NCBI GenBank assembly: GCA_965213705.1
Contig: OZ243913.1
Span: forward strand, 1,824,001-1,888,000
Direction: 5' to 3'
DNA: 64,000 bases
Source: Trueperaceae bacterium
Lineage (GTDB): Bacteria; Deinococcota; Deinococci; Deinococcales; Trueperaceae
Under the pieces are notes generated by a model. The model had not been told where the DNA came from. It made no database searches and worked only from the letters and a program-made list of their open reading frames with translations. Numbering within the stretch: the stretch's first letter is position 1; each line of letters begins with the position of its first letter. A program made the translations under genes and the position numbers. Positions 19,601 to 28,389 of the stretch are shown piece by piece.

Positions 19601-22600
19601 CGCGGACGGCAACGTTCTCAAGGCGGAGGTAACCCAGGTCATAGCCGGCTTGTCCGACCCGCTCGACCTCATCGAGGACACGCGCAACGGCAACCTCTAC
19701 TTAGCCGAACTCATCGGCGGCGGGACGTCGGGAAAAATCTCGCTGCTCCGTCCCAGCGTCGGCGGTAGCAACAACCCGCCCGCGGTCAGCGCAGGCGTCG
19801 ACCAAAGTGTTGCCTTCCCGGCGGCCGCCAACCTGGACGGCACCGTGAGCGACGACGGCTTGCCCAGCAACACCTTGACGACCCTCTGGAAAAAAGTCAT
19901 CGGCCCCGGCACGGTGACGTTCGGCAACGCCGCGGCGGTCGACACGACGGCCAGCTTCTCGGCAGCCGGCACGTACGTCCTGGAACTCAGCGCCAGCGAC
20001 GGCGCGCTGTCCAACAGCGCCCGCGTCACGGTGGCCGTGCAGACCGCTGCCACTACACAAGCGGTCACCGGCCTGGTCCTCATCAACGCCGACACCGACC
20101 AGGTCATCCGGCCGCTCGTCAGCGGCGACACCCTCGACTACCAGGCTTTGGGCACGAGCAACCTGAGCATCCGCGCCGACACCAGTCCCGCCACGGTGGG
20201 CAGCGTGAGCTTTACCCTCGACGGCAAACCTTACCGAACGGAAAGCCAAGCGCCCTACGCCATCGAAGGGGACGTCTACAAAAGCAACCCGCCCGACTAC
20301 CTGCCTATCAGCCCGGTTTTGGCCTTGGGCGGTCACACCCTCCAAGCCACGCCCTACAGCGAAGGCGCGGCTGCTGGGACGGCCGGTACGTCTCTCACGG
20401 TGAGCTTTACCGTCAGCCAAGGCGCGACCGCCAACAAACCGCCCACAGCTAACTTCAGCTCGAGCTGCAGCAACCTGACCTGCACCTTTACCGACACCAG
20501 TACCGACGCCGACGGCAGCGTGACAGCCTGGAACTGGAACTTCGGCGACGGCTCTACCTCGACCGTTCGGAACGCCTCGCACTCTTTCAGCGCCCCCGGT
20601 GTTTACACGGTGGTGTTGAGCGTGACCGACGACGGCGGCGCGACCGCCACGGTAAGCAAAAACGTTACCGTCACCGCGCCGGCTTCAGGCCAAGCCGTCG
20701 TGAGCTTTACCCTCATCAACGCGGACACCGACCGGGAGGTGGGACCCTTGAGCGAGGGCATGGTCGTCGACTATCAGGCGCTGGGCACGAGCAACATCAG
20801 CGTTCGGGCCAACACCAACCCCGCCACCGTCGGCAGCGTCAGCTTTACGCTCGACGGGTCCCCCTACCGCATCGAGAACCACGCACCTTACTCGCTCGCC
20901 GGGGAGGTGTGGCGAAGCGGACCCACTTCGGAGTACGACCCCGTCACCCCGCCGCTCGGCGTGGGCAGCCACACCCTTCAAGCCACGCCCAACACCGAAA
21001 AGTACGGTGGGGGCAGCGCAGGTGCGGCGCTGACGGTGAACTTTACGGTGCGGCAGGGTACAGCTGCCAACAAGCCGCCGACGGCCGGGTTCAACGCAAG
21101 CTGCAGCAACTTAAGCTGCACTTTCACCGACGCCAGCGCCGACGCCGACGGCAGCGTCACGGCCTGGAATTGGAACTTCGGTGACAACTCTACCTCGACC
21201 TCGCGCAGCCCCGCTCACGCGTACAGCGCCGCGGGCACCTATCCTGTAACCCTGACGGTCACCGACAACGGCGGTGCGACCGCCGCGGTGACCAAAAACG
21301 TTACCGTCACCGCGACCGCTCCGTCCGGCCCGGCGGTCACCCGCCTCGTCCTCGTCAACGCCGACACCGACCAGGTCATCCGGCCGCTCGTCAGTGGTGA
21401 CACCCTCGACTACCAGGCGCTAGGCACGAGCAACCTGAACATCCGCGCCGACACCAGTCCCGCTACGGTGGGCAGTGTGAGCTTTGTGCTCGACGGCAAA
21501 CCTTACCGCATAGAGAGTTACGCTCCCTACACCAGCGCCGGCGACGGCGGCAACAGCATCGGCACCGACTATTATCCGATGAGCCCCGCCCTGGCTCTGG
21601 GGGGTCACACGCTGACCGCCACGGCCTACACCGACAGGAGCGCCGGGGGTACGGCGGGGGCCGCGCTCACGGTCAGCTTTACCGTGACCCAAGGCACGTC
21701 CGCCAACAAAGCGCCCACCGCCGGGTTTAACACAAGCTGCAGCAACTTAAGCTGTACCTTTACCGACACCAGTACCGATGCCGACGGCAGCGTGACGGCC
21801 TGGCGTTGGAACTTCGGCGATGGTGCGACCTCGAGCAGCCGCAACCCTTCACACAGTTATGCCGCGGCGGGCACCTACACCGTAAGCTTGAGCGTGACCG
21901 ACGACGACGGCGCGACCGGTACGGTGAGCAAAAGTGTGACTGTCACCGCGGCTGCGCCGGGTCAGGCGGTGACGAGTTTCAGCCTCATCAACGCGGACAC
22001 CGACCAGGTGATAAGACCCCTTGCCGACGGCGACACCGTCGACTATCAGGCGCTGGGCACGAGCAACATCAGCGTCCGGGCCAACACCAACCCCGCCACC
22101 GTCGGCAGCGTCAGCTTTACGCTCGACGGGTCCCCCTACCGCATCGAGAACCACGCGCCTTACTCGCTCGCCGGGGAGGTGTGGCGAAGCGGACCCACTT
22201 CGGAATACGACCCCATCACCCCGCCGCTCGCTGCGGGCAGCCACACCGTTCAAGCCACGCCCAACACTGAAAAGTACGGCGGGGGCAGCGCCGGCACCCC
22301 GCTCACCGTCAGGTTCACGGTGAAGCAAGGGACGGCCCCTGCCACCCTCCGCTGGGATACGGCCGCGTCGTCACCCCTCGGGCTGACCGAAGCGCAGGGT
22401 GCCGTGGTCGGCGGCAAGCTTTACGTTTTCGGCGGTTACACGTCGTTCAGTCCCGTCACCATCACGCCTAAGGTGAAGGTTTACGACGCCGCGAGCGACA
22501 CCTGGGGGAGTCTGCCGGACGCCCCCACGGCCCTGACCCACGCCGGGGTCGCGGTCGACGGCGACACGGTCTACGTCGCCGGGGGCTACGTCGGCAAGGC

Positions 22601-23234
22601 GGGCGGCGGGCAGGTGTTCGGCACCAAAAACGTGTGGAAGTACGCGCCCGCCACCTCCGCCTGGACCCCGCTGCCCCCGCTGCCCGCCGCGCGGGGGGGC
22701 GGGCAACTTGTAAAACTGGGGGGCGATTTGCACTTCTTCGGCGGCTCGGACTTAAACCGTACCGACCGAGCGGAACACTGGCAACTCGCGCTCAACGGCG
22801 GCACGGCGTGGACGAGCGCCGCCCCGCTGCCGGTCGCGGTCAACCACCACGGTGCCGCGGTGCTGGACGGCAAAATCTACTCCATCGGAGGTCAAAAGGG
22901 ACAAGACAGCAGCGCGGTCGCGCAAGCCTCGGTTTATGTATGGAACCCGTCGTCCGGCGCCTGGACCGCCGCGAAGAGTCTGCCGAAAGCGAGGTCGCAC
23001 GTCATGATGTCGTCTTTCGTGGTGAACGGCCGTTTGCTGGTCGCGGGCGGCGACTCGGTGCCCAACCGAGCCGTGAGCGACGTGACCGTCTACGACCCGA
23101 CGACCGCGACCTGGACGAGCCTCACCCCCTTGCCCGCGGCGCGCATGGCGGGGGTCGGCGTTCCCGTCGGCAACGACATCTTGTTTACGACCGGGTCGGG
23201 CCAAAAAACAACTTACAAAAGCGTCACGGACTGA
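16617..23234 (+). CDS. Large modular lipoprotein: Ig-like, malectin, Big_5, GSDH-like beta-propeller, PKD and repeated beta-sandwich modules, C-terminal Kelch propeller
   Basis: GGAGGA RBS; lipobox LSAC; LHFAELYW...RVFDV malectin; GVRNAYD propeller; W.WNFGD PKD x3; Kelch GG..Y/W repeats. Confidence 0.85.
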   Translation: MGGQGRRGRYVVFLVLALSLSACFRSPAPEPLAPLAGSSGLVLENLDGVPFNDRLVFSRISGGVTTHKVHDLVTLRLRNTSAASIKVNSLTISDTTEFVLPNNETSLTVAAGAFYDLQVRFVESSGSRGVRLQTLTLDTNDPVQPSQTVQLAGAFMTRPEGDYEVSLQQIADAFGYKINTGQPLLHNDAELRGDEVRSNFWKRADPAKAVYVRQLAAFHGCCSAEDTIQITGAGGGSFKHAGAYGQSLLPLKAGSSGPAEMTVNPTGTFEVKVAGYSSNVNNTSNNGFLSVRFWPVKDRSGAPVPGSYFAVQDFVQNGCGSGSANCDYNDNVYLVTNIAPVTPTSYRLNVGGPAYTDKAGNLYAADTGLFRPSSAPAEPAAGPSTRAIADTEDDTLYQTYRAFLPNTAQDNRKLSYNLSVPPGVYDLRLHFAELYWDAPGKRVFDVIVEDKTLLDNFDILAQTSKFSALVKTFPNISVNGGTLTVTLKAEADYGAVSAIEVVPSGTANLPSPRVTGTAPASGATNVFRNTAVAVDVELPNLGAGVDETTLNTATVKLFKTSGGASVPGTVNTTGGNDAIVYQPSVLLEPGTGYTFQVTSGVKDQAGAAFTPYTMSFTTGTQTSVKMDPNVNFTKTSVFSGSAISTLVIGPDGKLYGAGLDGVVHRWQIDGNGQLKGEQTFRGLAGKAVVGVAFNPNDTKEMYLWTTANEPLYPQPAPDFSGKLYKLRLRGINFVDSDLQLYITGLPRSAKDHLSNSLAFGPDGLLYMNQGGNTAMGAPDSAWYNRPERLLSAAVLQIDPRRTTGLPINVQTEPCDEHCQGTGTSGNYNPYAADAPVKIYASGVRNAYDLVWHSNGKLYVPTNGSAAGGNTPDNPATPQNEALFNVATQDDYLFKVEPGGYYGHPNPKRREYVMNGGNPTASADPAEVVATGVYAGYPVGTQPESKYRGFTYNFGRNRSPNGVLEYKSNAFGGKLKGKLLVVEYSAGDDILALPLSADGNVLKAEVTQVIAGLSDPLDLIEDTRNGNLYLAELIGGGTSGKISLLRPSVGGSNNPPAVSAGVDQSVAFPAAANLDGTVSDDGLPSNTLTTLWKKVIGPGTVTFGNAAAVDTTASFSAAGTYVLELSASDGALSNSARVTVAVQTAATTQAVTGLVLINADTDQVIRPLVSGDTLDYQALGTSNLSIRADTSPATVGSVSFTLDGKPYRTESQAPYAIEGDVYKSNPPDYLPISPVLALGGHTLQATPYSEGAAAGTAGTSLTVSFTVSQGATANKPPTANFSSSCSNLTCTFTDTSTDADGSVTAWNWNFGDGSTSTVRNASHSFSAPGVYTVVLSVTDDGGATATVSKNVTVTAPASGQAVVSFTLINADTDREVGPLSEGMVVDYQALGTSNISVRANTNPATVGSVSFTLDGSPYRIENHAPYSLAGEVWRSGPTSEYDPVTPPLGVGSHTLQATPNTEKYGGGSAGAALTVNFTVRQGTAANKPPTAGFNASCSNLSCTFTDASADADGSVTAWNWNFGDNSTSTSRSPAHAYSAAGTYPVTLTVTDNGGATAAVTKNVTVTATAPSGPAVTRLVLVNADTDQVIRPLVSGDTLDYQALGTSNLNIRADTSPATVGSVSFVLDGKPYRIESYAPYTSAGDGGNSIGTDYYPMSPALALGGHTLTATAYTDRSAGGTAGAALTVSFTVTQGTSANKAPTAGFNTSCSNLSCTFTDTSTDADGSVTAWRWNFGDGATSSSRNPSHSYAAAGTYTVSLSVTDDDGATGTVSKSVTVTAAAPGQAVTSFSLINADTDQVIRPLADGDTVDYQALGTSNISVRANTNPATVGSVSFTLDGSPYRIENHAPYSLAGEVWRSGPTSEYDPITPPLAAGSHTVQATPNTEKYGGGSAGTPLTVRFTVKQGTAPATLRWDTAASSPLGLTEAQGAVVGGKLYVFGGYTSFSPVTITPKVKVYDAASDTWGSLPDAPTALTHAGVAVDGDTVYVAGGYVGKAGGGQVFGTKNVWKYAPATSAWTPLPPLPAARGGGQLVKLGGDLHFFGGSDLNRTDRAEHWQLALNGGTAWTSAAPLPVAVNHHGAAVLDGKIYSIGGQKGQDSSAVAQASVYVWNPSSGAWTAAKSLPKARSHVMMSSFVVNGRLLVAGGDSVPNRAVSDVTVYDPTTATWTSLTPLPAARMAGVGVPVGNDILFTTGSGQKTTYKSVTD
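20060..22330 (+). repeat. Intragenic tandem duplication with 1272-bp period
   Basis: gacaccgaccaggtcatccggccgctcgtcag at 20091 and 21363; gtcgactatcaggcgctgggcacg at 20766 and 22038. Confidence 0.9.
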
Positions 23235-23253
23235 CGCTCAGAAAAAGGAGACG

Positions 23254-23742
23254 ATGATGAAAAAACTACTTATCCTGCTTGTTCTCGGGTTCACCCTCAG
23301 CGCTCAGGCGCAGTCGACTGTCAGCATGTTCGAGTTTATCCGCTTGAACGAAGGCTTCAGTACCTTGACGGCCGCGCTTGAAGAAACCGGCCTCGACGCG
23401 GTTCTCCAGGGGCCGGGCGAATTTACCCTGTTCGCGCCGACGGACGCCGCCTTCGCCGCCCTGCCGGTGGCCGAACGGAACGCGCTGCTCGGCAATCCCG
23501 AGGCCCTGAGAGCTTTTCTAAACCAACTTATCGTGCCGGAGCGCTCGACCGCGGGGGAGTTGCTCGAGCGCGGGCGCGCCACCACCCAAGCCGGCACGAG
23601 TCTCAGCTTCAGCCGGAGCGGTGACGGGACTGTCCTCGTCGGCGACGCGCCCGTCGTCGGTACGGACCTGGGTGCGGGCGGCATCAAAATCAGCAACGGC
23701 GTCGTTCAGGTGCTGGACACCTTGCCGTCGGCACTGAGGTAG
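23254..23742 (+). CDS. Secreted fasciclin (FAS1) domain protein
   Basis: Signal peptide, FTLFAPTDAAF (H1) and SNGVVQVLD (H2). Confidence 0.88.
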   Translation: MMKKLLILLVLGFTLSAQAQSTVSMFEFIRLNEGFSTLTAALEETGLDAVLQGPGEFTLFAPTDAAFAALPVAERNALLGNPEALRAFLNQLIVPERSTAGELLERGRATTQAGTSLSFSRSGDGTVLVGDAPVVGTDLGAGGIKISNGVVQVLDTLPSALR

Positions 23743-23862
23743 TCTAACGAGCGCAACACCCACGTTTAACGCTTGATTGGGATGAAACGGCCGCGTTTGG
23801 CGGCCGTTTCGCTTTCACGTGTCCCCCACCACGCGTCACCCACCACGTGTCATCCGCAGCCC

Positions 23863-24606
23863 TCAAAGCCAAAAAACCGTGCGCTGCCCCTCACCGGGTA
23901 AGACCTCGGGCGCGGCGCGGTGGAACGATTCGACCAAGAGCCGCCGCGTCAACCGCTGCATAAACATCAGCACGCTTAAAGCTTGGGTTTTGTGCTGGCC
24001 CATCGCCCGCAGCTTGGGTTCAACAAAGTCTCGAACGTCTACATAGTGGGTCGGGTAGAGGTGCGCGGCGCGAATCTGGTCGGGCGCTAGAAAACCCTGC
24101 CGCGCCTCGCTGTCGAAGGGTTTGTCGCTGGCAAAATAGTAAAGCGCCTCCGGTTTGTGGTGGCACGCCCCGAGCGCCGCCATGACAAGCTCGTGCGTCG
24201 CAACGTGGTCGGGGTGGCCGTTCGAACCGTTGGGCGGGAAGGTGAGCAAAGCGCGGGGGCGCAACGTCTCGAGCAGCGCCACCATCTCGCTGACGATGTT
24301 TTCAGCGGGAACAGCCTGCAAACCGTCGCGGTGGTCCATGCCCCGGTCGCCGTCCGGCACGAAGTCGGGGTAGTCCCAAACGTGAACGTTCTCGACACCG
24401 AGTTCGCGCAGCGAGGCGCGCAACTCCAGTTCGCGCAGCGCCGGGAGTTCACCCTGTCGACACAGCCCGAGGGTGCGGCCCGCACCGCCACGAGTAAGGG
24501 TAAGCGTGGCAACCCGCCTGCCATGCGCGGCCATTTTGCTGAACAAACCGCCGCACCCGAATACTTCGTCGTCGGGATGGGGCACGATAAGAAGTAAGTC
24601 GACCAT
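23863..24606 (-). CDS. PIG-L/LmbE-family deacetylase (BshB/MshB-like)
   Basis: PHPDDE, GHPDH and H.TQ motifs. Confidence 0.9.
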   Translation of the reverse strand: MVDLLLIVPHPDDEVFGCGGLFSKMAAHGRRVATLTLTRGGAGRTLGLCRQGELPALRELELRASLRELGVENVHVWDYPDFVPDGDRGMDHRDGLQAVPAENIVSEMVALLETLRPRALLTFPPNGSNGHPDHVATHELVMAALGACHHKPEALYYFASDKPFDSEARQGFLAPDQIRAAHLYPTHYVDVRDFVEPKLRAMGQHKTQALSVLMFMQRLTRRLLVESFHRAAPEVLPGEGQRTVFWL

Positions 24607-24890
24607 GCGTGAGTCTAACAGCCCGGCAGGTTGCAACGCAGCGCCAGCGTGACCCGGAAGGTCGGCGTGACACGAAAAGTCGGTGTGGGTGCAACCCCGG
24701 CGCGACTTGGTGCCGAAGAGGTTTTGAACCCTTTCCCAAACGCGAGAAGAGGTCAGCTACACACAAAAAGCCCACCGCCTGAAGAGCGGAGGGCTTGTAA
24801 GAGGTGATAGTTGAGCTTCGCCGAGACATGCTGCTTAGAAACAGCTCGTCCATTTTTACGGTCGGCAACGTACCGACAACTAAAAACTTA

Positions 24891-25049
24891 TCAGTGGCTG
24901 TCGGCGGTGTTCAAAGAGTCGTCTGTCGGGGTCTCGAGCCAGCTCAGCATTGCGTGGCGACGGTAAATAGGCAAACCCAAAAGCGCAACCGGTATCCCTA
25001 CAGAAATCAGGCCAATCAGTCCTACGGTTAGATAGTCTTGTAACATCAT
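24891..25049 (-). CDS. Small single-TM hypothetical protein
   Basis: GGAGA RBS, MMLQDYLTVGLIGLISVGIPVALLGLPIYRR; downstream terminator-like hairpin near 24766-24800. Confidence 0.5.
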   Translation of the reverse strand: MMLQDYLTVGLIGLISVGIPVALLGLPIYRRHAMLSWLETPTDDSLNTADSH

Positions 25050-25306
25050 TTTGTCTCCGTTCGAAGTGTTTGGTGTTTTGTAAAGAGTGTTGTTTCTGAG
25101 AACTCCAACCACAAAAGTGTAGGACATAAAGCGTCGAACGACAAGAAGTTTGTGTACGCGGCGTGGGGTACGGGAGTACCTTTGGGGTTGCTCAACCGCG
25201 AAAATTAACAGTTGATTAAGCTTTCAACGGCTTCGGGTCAGACAAGACCTTGCCTGAAAAAGGTTTGCCACCTGAACGTTTCAGGCTTTGGTGTATACTT
25301 TCAGTC

Positions 25307-25363
25307 GTGCAACTTCACTTTTCTTGGCTGGGCTCTTTACGATGGCGGCGCTACCAGCGGTAG
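25307..25363 (+). CDS. trpL: Putative leaderless trp leader peptide MQLHFSWLGSLRWRRYQR
   Basis: TATACT 25294-25299, 7 nt, GTG 25307; two TGG codons; TAG 49 nt before the trpE start. Confidence 0.7.
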   Translation: MQLHFSWLGSLRWRRYQR

Positions 25364-25412
25364 CCCACACGCCCCTGATTTGGACGCCTTCCAAGAAAGT
25401 CGAGGACCGCTC

Positions 25413-26849
25413 TTGAGCGCTGCAACTGCCTTGAACCAACGTGTTAAACCCATCTATAAAGAAGTTTTAGCCGACCTTGAAACCCCGCTGACCGCTTACT
25501 TGAAAGTAGCGGGCCATCCCTCGTTTTTGCTCGAGAGCGTCGAGCAGGGCGAGCGGGTGGCGCGCTACTCGTTTATCGGCACGGGCGAGCGCCGCCGGAT
25601 AGAGGCGCGCGGTAGCGTCGTCACCGTGACGACGGCCGAGGGTGCGGAAGTGCTCGAGACCCAAGACCCTTTGCAGGTCCTCTGGGACTTGACCGTGAAA
25701 AATGTCGTACCCAGCCCGGACCTGCCCGGTTTTTGGGCGGGCGCGGTGGGTTACGCCAGCTACGACCTCGTGCGGCAATACGAAACGTTGCCCGACGCCA
25801 ACCCGGACGAGTTGAACATACCTGACCTCCTGTTTATCGAGCCCGAAGTGCTGGTGATTTTCGACCACCTCAAGCGGCGCATCTTCGTCGTTGCACCTGC
25901 ACTCGCTGGGGATGCGGCGGATACGGCGAGGGCCGAGCGAACAGTCGAAACGACCTACGCGCGGCTGCGCGGGCCGCTGCCGGGCGTGCCGGGCGACCGG
26001 GCGGGGCGGCGCACCGAGTTTGTGAGCAGTTTTTCCAAAGAAGGTTACATGGCGGCCGTGGAAAAAGCGGTCGAGTACATCCACGCCGGCGACGTCTTTC
26101 AGGTCGTGCCGAGCCAGCGACTCACGGCGGACTTGGGCGTCCATCCGTTCGCGCTCTACCGCGCGCTGCGCGTCGTCAACCCGAGCCCTTACTTAGGCTA
26201 CCTCGACTTGGGTCCGGTGACGCTCGTCGCGAGCAGCCCCGAAAGCCTCGTCAAGAGCGACGGGCGCAGGGTCGAAACCTTACCGATTGCGGGTACGCGG
26301 CGACGGGGTGCGTCCCTAGAAGAGGACGCTGCCCTCGCCGCCGAACTCCTCGCCGACGAAAAAGAGCGGGCCGAACACATCATGCTCGTGGATTTGGGCC
26401 GGAACGACCTGGGCCGCGTGTGTAAACCCGGCACGGTGAAAGTGACCGACCTCATGCGGATTGAGCGCTACAGCCACGTCATGCACATCGTTTCGACGGT
26501 CGAGGGGGAGTTGCTCGCGGGCAAAACGCCGCTCGACGCGCTCTCGAGCACCCTGCCGATGGGCACCGCCTCGGGTGCGCCCAAAATCCGCGCGATGGAG
26601 ATTATCGACGAGTTGGAGCCCGTTCGCCGCGGCCCCTATGCGGGTGCGTTCGGCTACTTGGGCGTCGGCGGCGACATGGACATGGCGCTCACGCTGCGCA
26701 CCGCCGTCATCGCAAACGGCAAAATCCACCTGCAAGCGGGCGGCGGCGTCGTCGCCGACTCCGACCCCGAAGCGGAGTACACCGAGTCGATGAACAAGCT
26801 GGCGGCGGTTGTAAAGGCGGTTGAGATGGCAACCGAGGGATTAAGCTAG
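25413..26849 (+). CDS. trpE: Anthranilate synthase component I
   Basis: ADLETP, FLLESVE, NPSPY, PIAGTR, EHIMLVDLGRND and SGAPKIRAM motifs; GAGGA RBS then TTG 25413. Confidence 0.95.
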   Translation: MSAATALNQRVKPIYKEVLADLETPLTAYLKVAGHPSFLLESVEQGERVARYSFIGTGERRRIEARGSVVTVTTAEGAEVLETQDPLQVLWDLTVKNVVPSPDLPGFWAGAVGYASYDLVRQYETLPDANPDELNIPDLLFIEPEVLVIFDHLKRRIFVVAPALAGDAADTARAERTVETTYARLRGPLPGVPGDRAGRRTEFVSSFSKEGYMAAVEKAVEYIHAGDVFQVVPSQRLTADLGVHPFALYRALRVVNPSPYLGYLDLGPVTLVASSPESLVKSDGRRVETLPIAGTRRRGASLEEDAALAAELLADEKERAEHIMLVDLGRNDLGRVCKPGTVKVTDLMRIERYSHVMHIVSTVEGELLAGKTPLDALSSTLPMGTASGAPKIRAMEIIDELEPVRRGPYAGAFGYLGVGGDMDMALTLRTAVIANGKIHLQAGGGVVADSDPEAEYTESMNKLAAVVKAVEMATEGLS

Positions 26850-26874
26850 GACGTAGGATGTGGAAAGTGGGTAT
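26847..26874 (+). repeat. Left heptamer arm flanking the four-helix-bundle gene
   Basis: taggacg taggatg tggaaag tgggtat. Confidence 0.65.
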
Positions 26875-26880
26875 GAACAT

Positions 26881-27246
26881 ATGGGTCCGGGCAGTGTTCG
26901 CGGTTTAGAAGTTTGGCAAGAAGGTATGGATTTGGTCAAAACGCTTTATTTCCTGACACGAGCTTGGCCCAAAGAAGAGCTGTATAGACTGACATCCCAG
27001 GTACGTAGAGCGGTTATTTCGATCCCAGCAAATCTTGCCGAAGGTGTTGGGCGCGGAACACCTGCTGAAAAGGCGCGTTTTGGTCACATAGCTCTAGGGT
27101 CTGCTTACGAACTCGACACGCTACTTGTTATTGCGCTCGAACTCGAATTTTCCAAGCGGCAAGACTTAGAATCCGTCCAGATAAAGCTTAATCAACTCTG
27201 CAAACGACTTTCCGGTTTCATTCGGTATCAGGAGACGCAGAAATGA
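26881..27246 (+). CDS. Four-helix-bundle protein (23S rRNA IVS / Avd-like fold)
   Basis: LEVWQ..M.L...Y..T..WPKEELY.LTSQ.RRA..SIPANLAEG.GR...F..IA.GS..EL.T.L; AT-richer than flanking trp genes; start uncertain (26860-26881). Confidence 0.9.
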   Translation: MGPGSVRGLEVWQEGMDLVKTLYFLTRAWPKEELYRLTSQVRRAVISIPANLAEGVGRGTPAEKARFGHIALGSAYELDTLLVIALELEFSKRQDLESVQIKLNQLCKRLSGFIRYQETQK

Positions 27247-27851
27247 CTCTACAACCCACATCCCACACTCCACACCCAAAAACTTTGCTTATCATCGACA
27301 ACTACGACTCGTTCACTTACAACCTCGTGCAGTACCTTGGCGAGCTCGGCGTCGAACCTGTCGTATGGCGGAACGATGCGTTTGCGCTCGAGGACGTTGC
27401 AACGCTGAATCCTGACGGCATCGTCATTTCACCGGGGCCTTGCACGCCTCTCGAAGCCGGTCACTCGGTCGAAACTATCAAACGCTACGACCAAACCTAT
27501 CCCATCCTCGGCGTGTGTTTGGGCCACCAGAGCATCGGCGCGGCTTACGGAGCATCGGTCGTGCGGGCGAACAAAATCATGCACGGCAAAACGAGCCCCA
27601 TTCGGCACGACGGCACGGCGACGTTCAAAGACTTACCCCAAGAGGTCACGGCGACGCGCTACCACTCGCTCATCGTGACAAACTTGCCGGACGAACTCGT
27701 CGCCAACGCCTGGGTCACAGACGACGAGGAAGAGGTCGTGATGGGTTTGCGGCACGCCTCACTGCCGGTTTGGGGCGTGCAGTTTCACCCGGAGAGCGTG
27801 CTGACCGAGACGGGCCACAAGATGCTTCAGAACTTTATAGACATTTGCTGA
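27243..27851 (+). CDS. trpG: Anthranilate synthase component II (glutamine amidotransferase)
   Basis: IDNYDSFTYNL, SPGP, GVCLGHQ, RYHSL and QFHPES motifs; N-terminal extension encoded by the heptamer repeat. Confidence 0.93.
   Translation: MTLQPTSHTPHPKTLLIIDNYDSFTYNLVQYLGELGVEPVVWRNDAFALEDVATLNPDGIVISPGPCTPLEAGHSVETIKRYDQTYPILGVCLGHQSIGAAYGASVVRANKIMHGKTSPIRHDGTATFKDLPQEVTATRYHSLIVTNLPDELVANAWVTDDEEEVVMGLRHASLPVWGVQFHPESVLTETGHKMLQNFIDIC
27245..27279 (-). repeat. Right (inverted) heptamer arm flanking the four-helix-bundle gene
   Basis: gactcta caaccca catccca cactcca cacccaa, the reverse complement of TGGGATG-type units. Confidence 0.7.
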
Positions 27852-27861
27852 TGGTTCACGG

Positions 27862-28389
27862 ATGATTCACGAGGTCAACACACGAACGTTTTTCCCACTC
27901 GAGCGAACCCTTCACCGTCGCTGGGTCGGCAAGGCGAGCCGGGAAACGCCGGAGCATTTCCGTCTGGACGAGACAAGCTTGTTTCTTGCGTTGCCGGTCG
28001 ACGGCGTCGCTATCGACTACCTGCAGGCGCACGTTCTGCCCGGCATCGGGTTTCAGGTCTCGAGGTTCAACTGGAGGCCGCACGTCTCCGAAGAAGACAA
28101 AATCGACTATTACATCGACATCGTGGAAATTACTGAACACTCGAGCGAGCGTTGGCACGTGCGGGACTTTTACTTAGACATCGTCGTGGTCGAGGGCAAA
28201 CACGCTGAGGTTTTGGACACAGGCGAATACTTGGCTGCCGTTCAAGCGGGTTTTTTGACCCACAAAGAAGCTGCCTTTGCCCTGACGAAAACGCACGCGC
28301 TTTTGAACGCTCTGGCAAAGTACGGCTACAGCCTCGAGGCTTACCTGAACGCGCAGGGAACAACGTTGACATGGTTGGAAGATGACTGA
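27862..28389 (+). CDS. DUF402-like protein
   Basis: YYIDI...W.VRDFYLDIVV..G...EVLD.GE pattern. Confidence 0.7.
   Translation: MIHEVNTRTFFPLERTLHRRWVGKASRETPEHFRLDETSLFLALPVDGVAIDYLQAHVLPGIGFQVSRFNWRPHVSEEDKIDYYIDIVEITEHSSERWHVRDFYLDIVVVEGKHAEVLDTGEYLAAVQAGFLTHKEAAFALTKTHALLNALAKYGYSLEAYLNAQGTTLTWLEDD

Noticed and set aside
25212..25412. T-box riboswitch or N-terminal extension of TrpE
   Set aside because: No T-box consensus or terminator; the region is better explained by a promoter, leader peptide and RBS before TTG 25413.
20060..27246. Diversity-generating retroelement (Avd-like gene plus near-identical repeats)
   Set aside because: No reverse transcriptase in the window; both repeat copies are in-frame coding modules and the differences are not adenine-specific.
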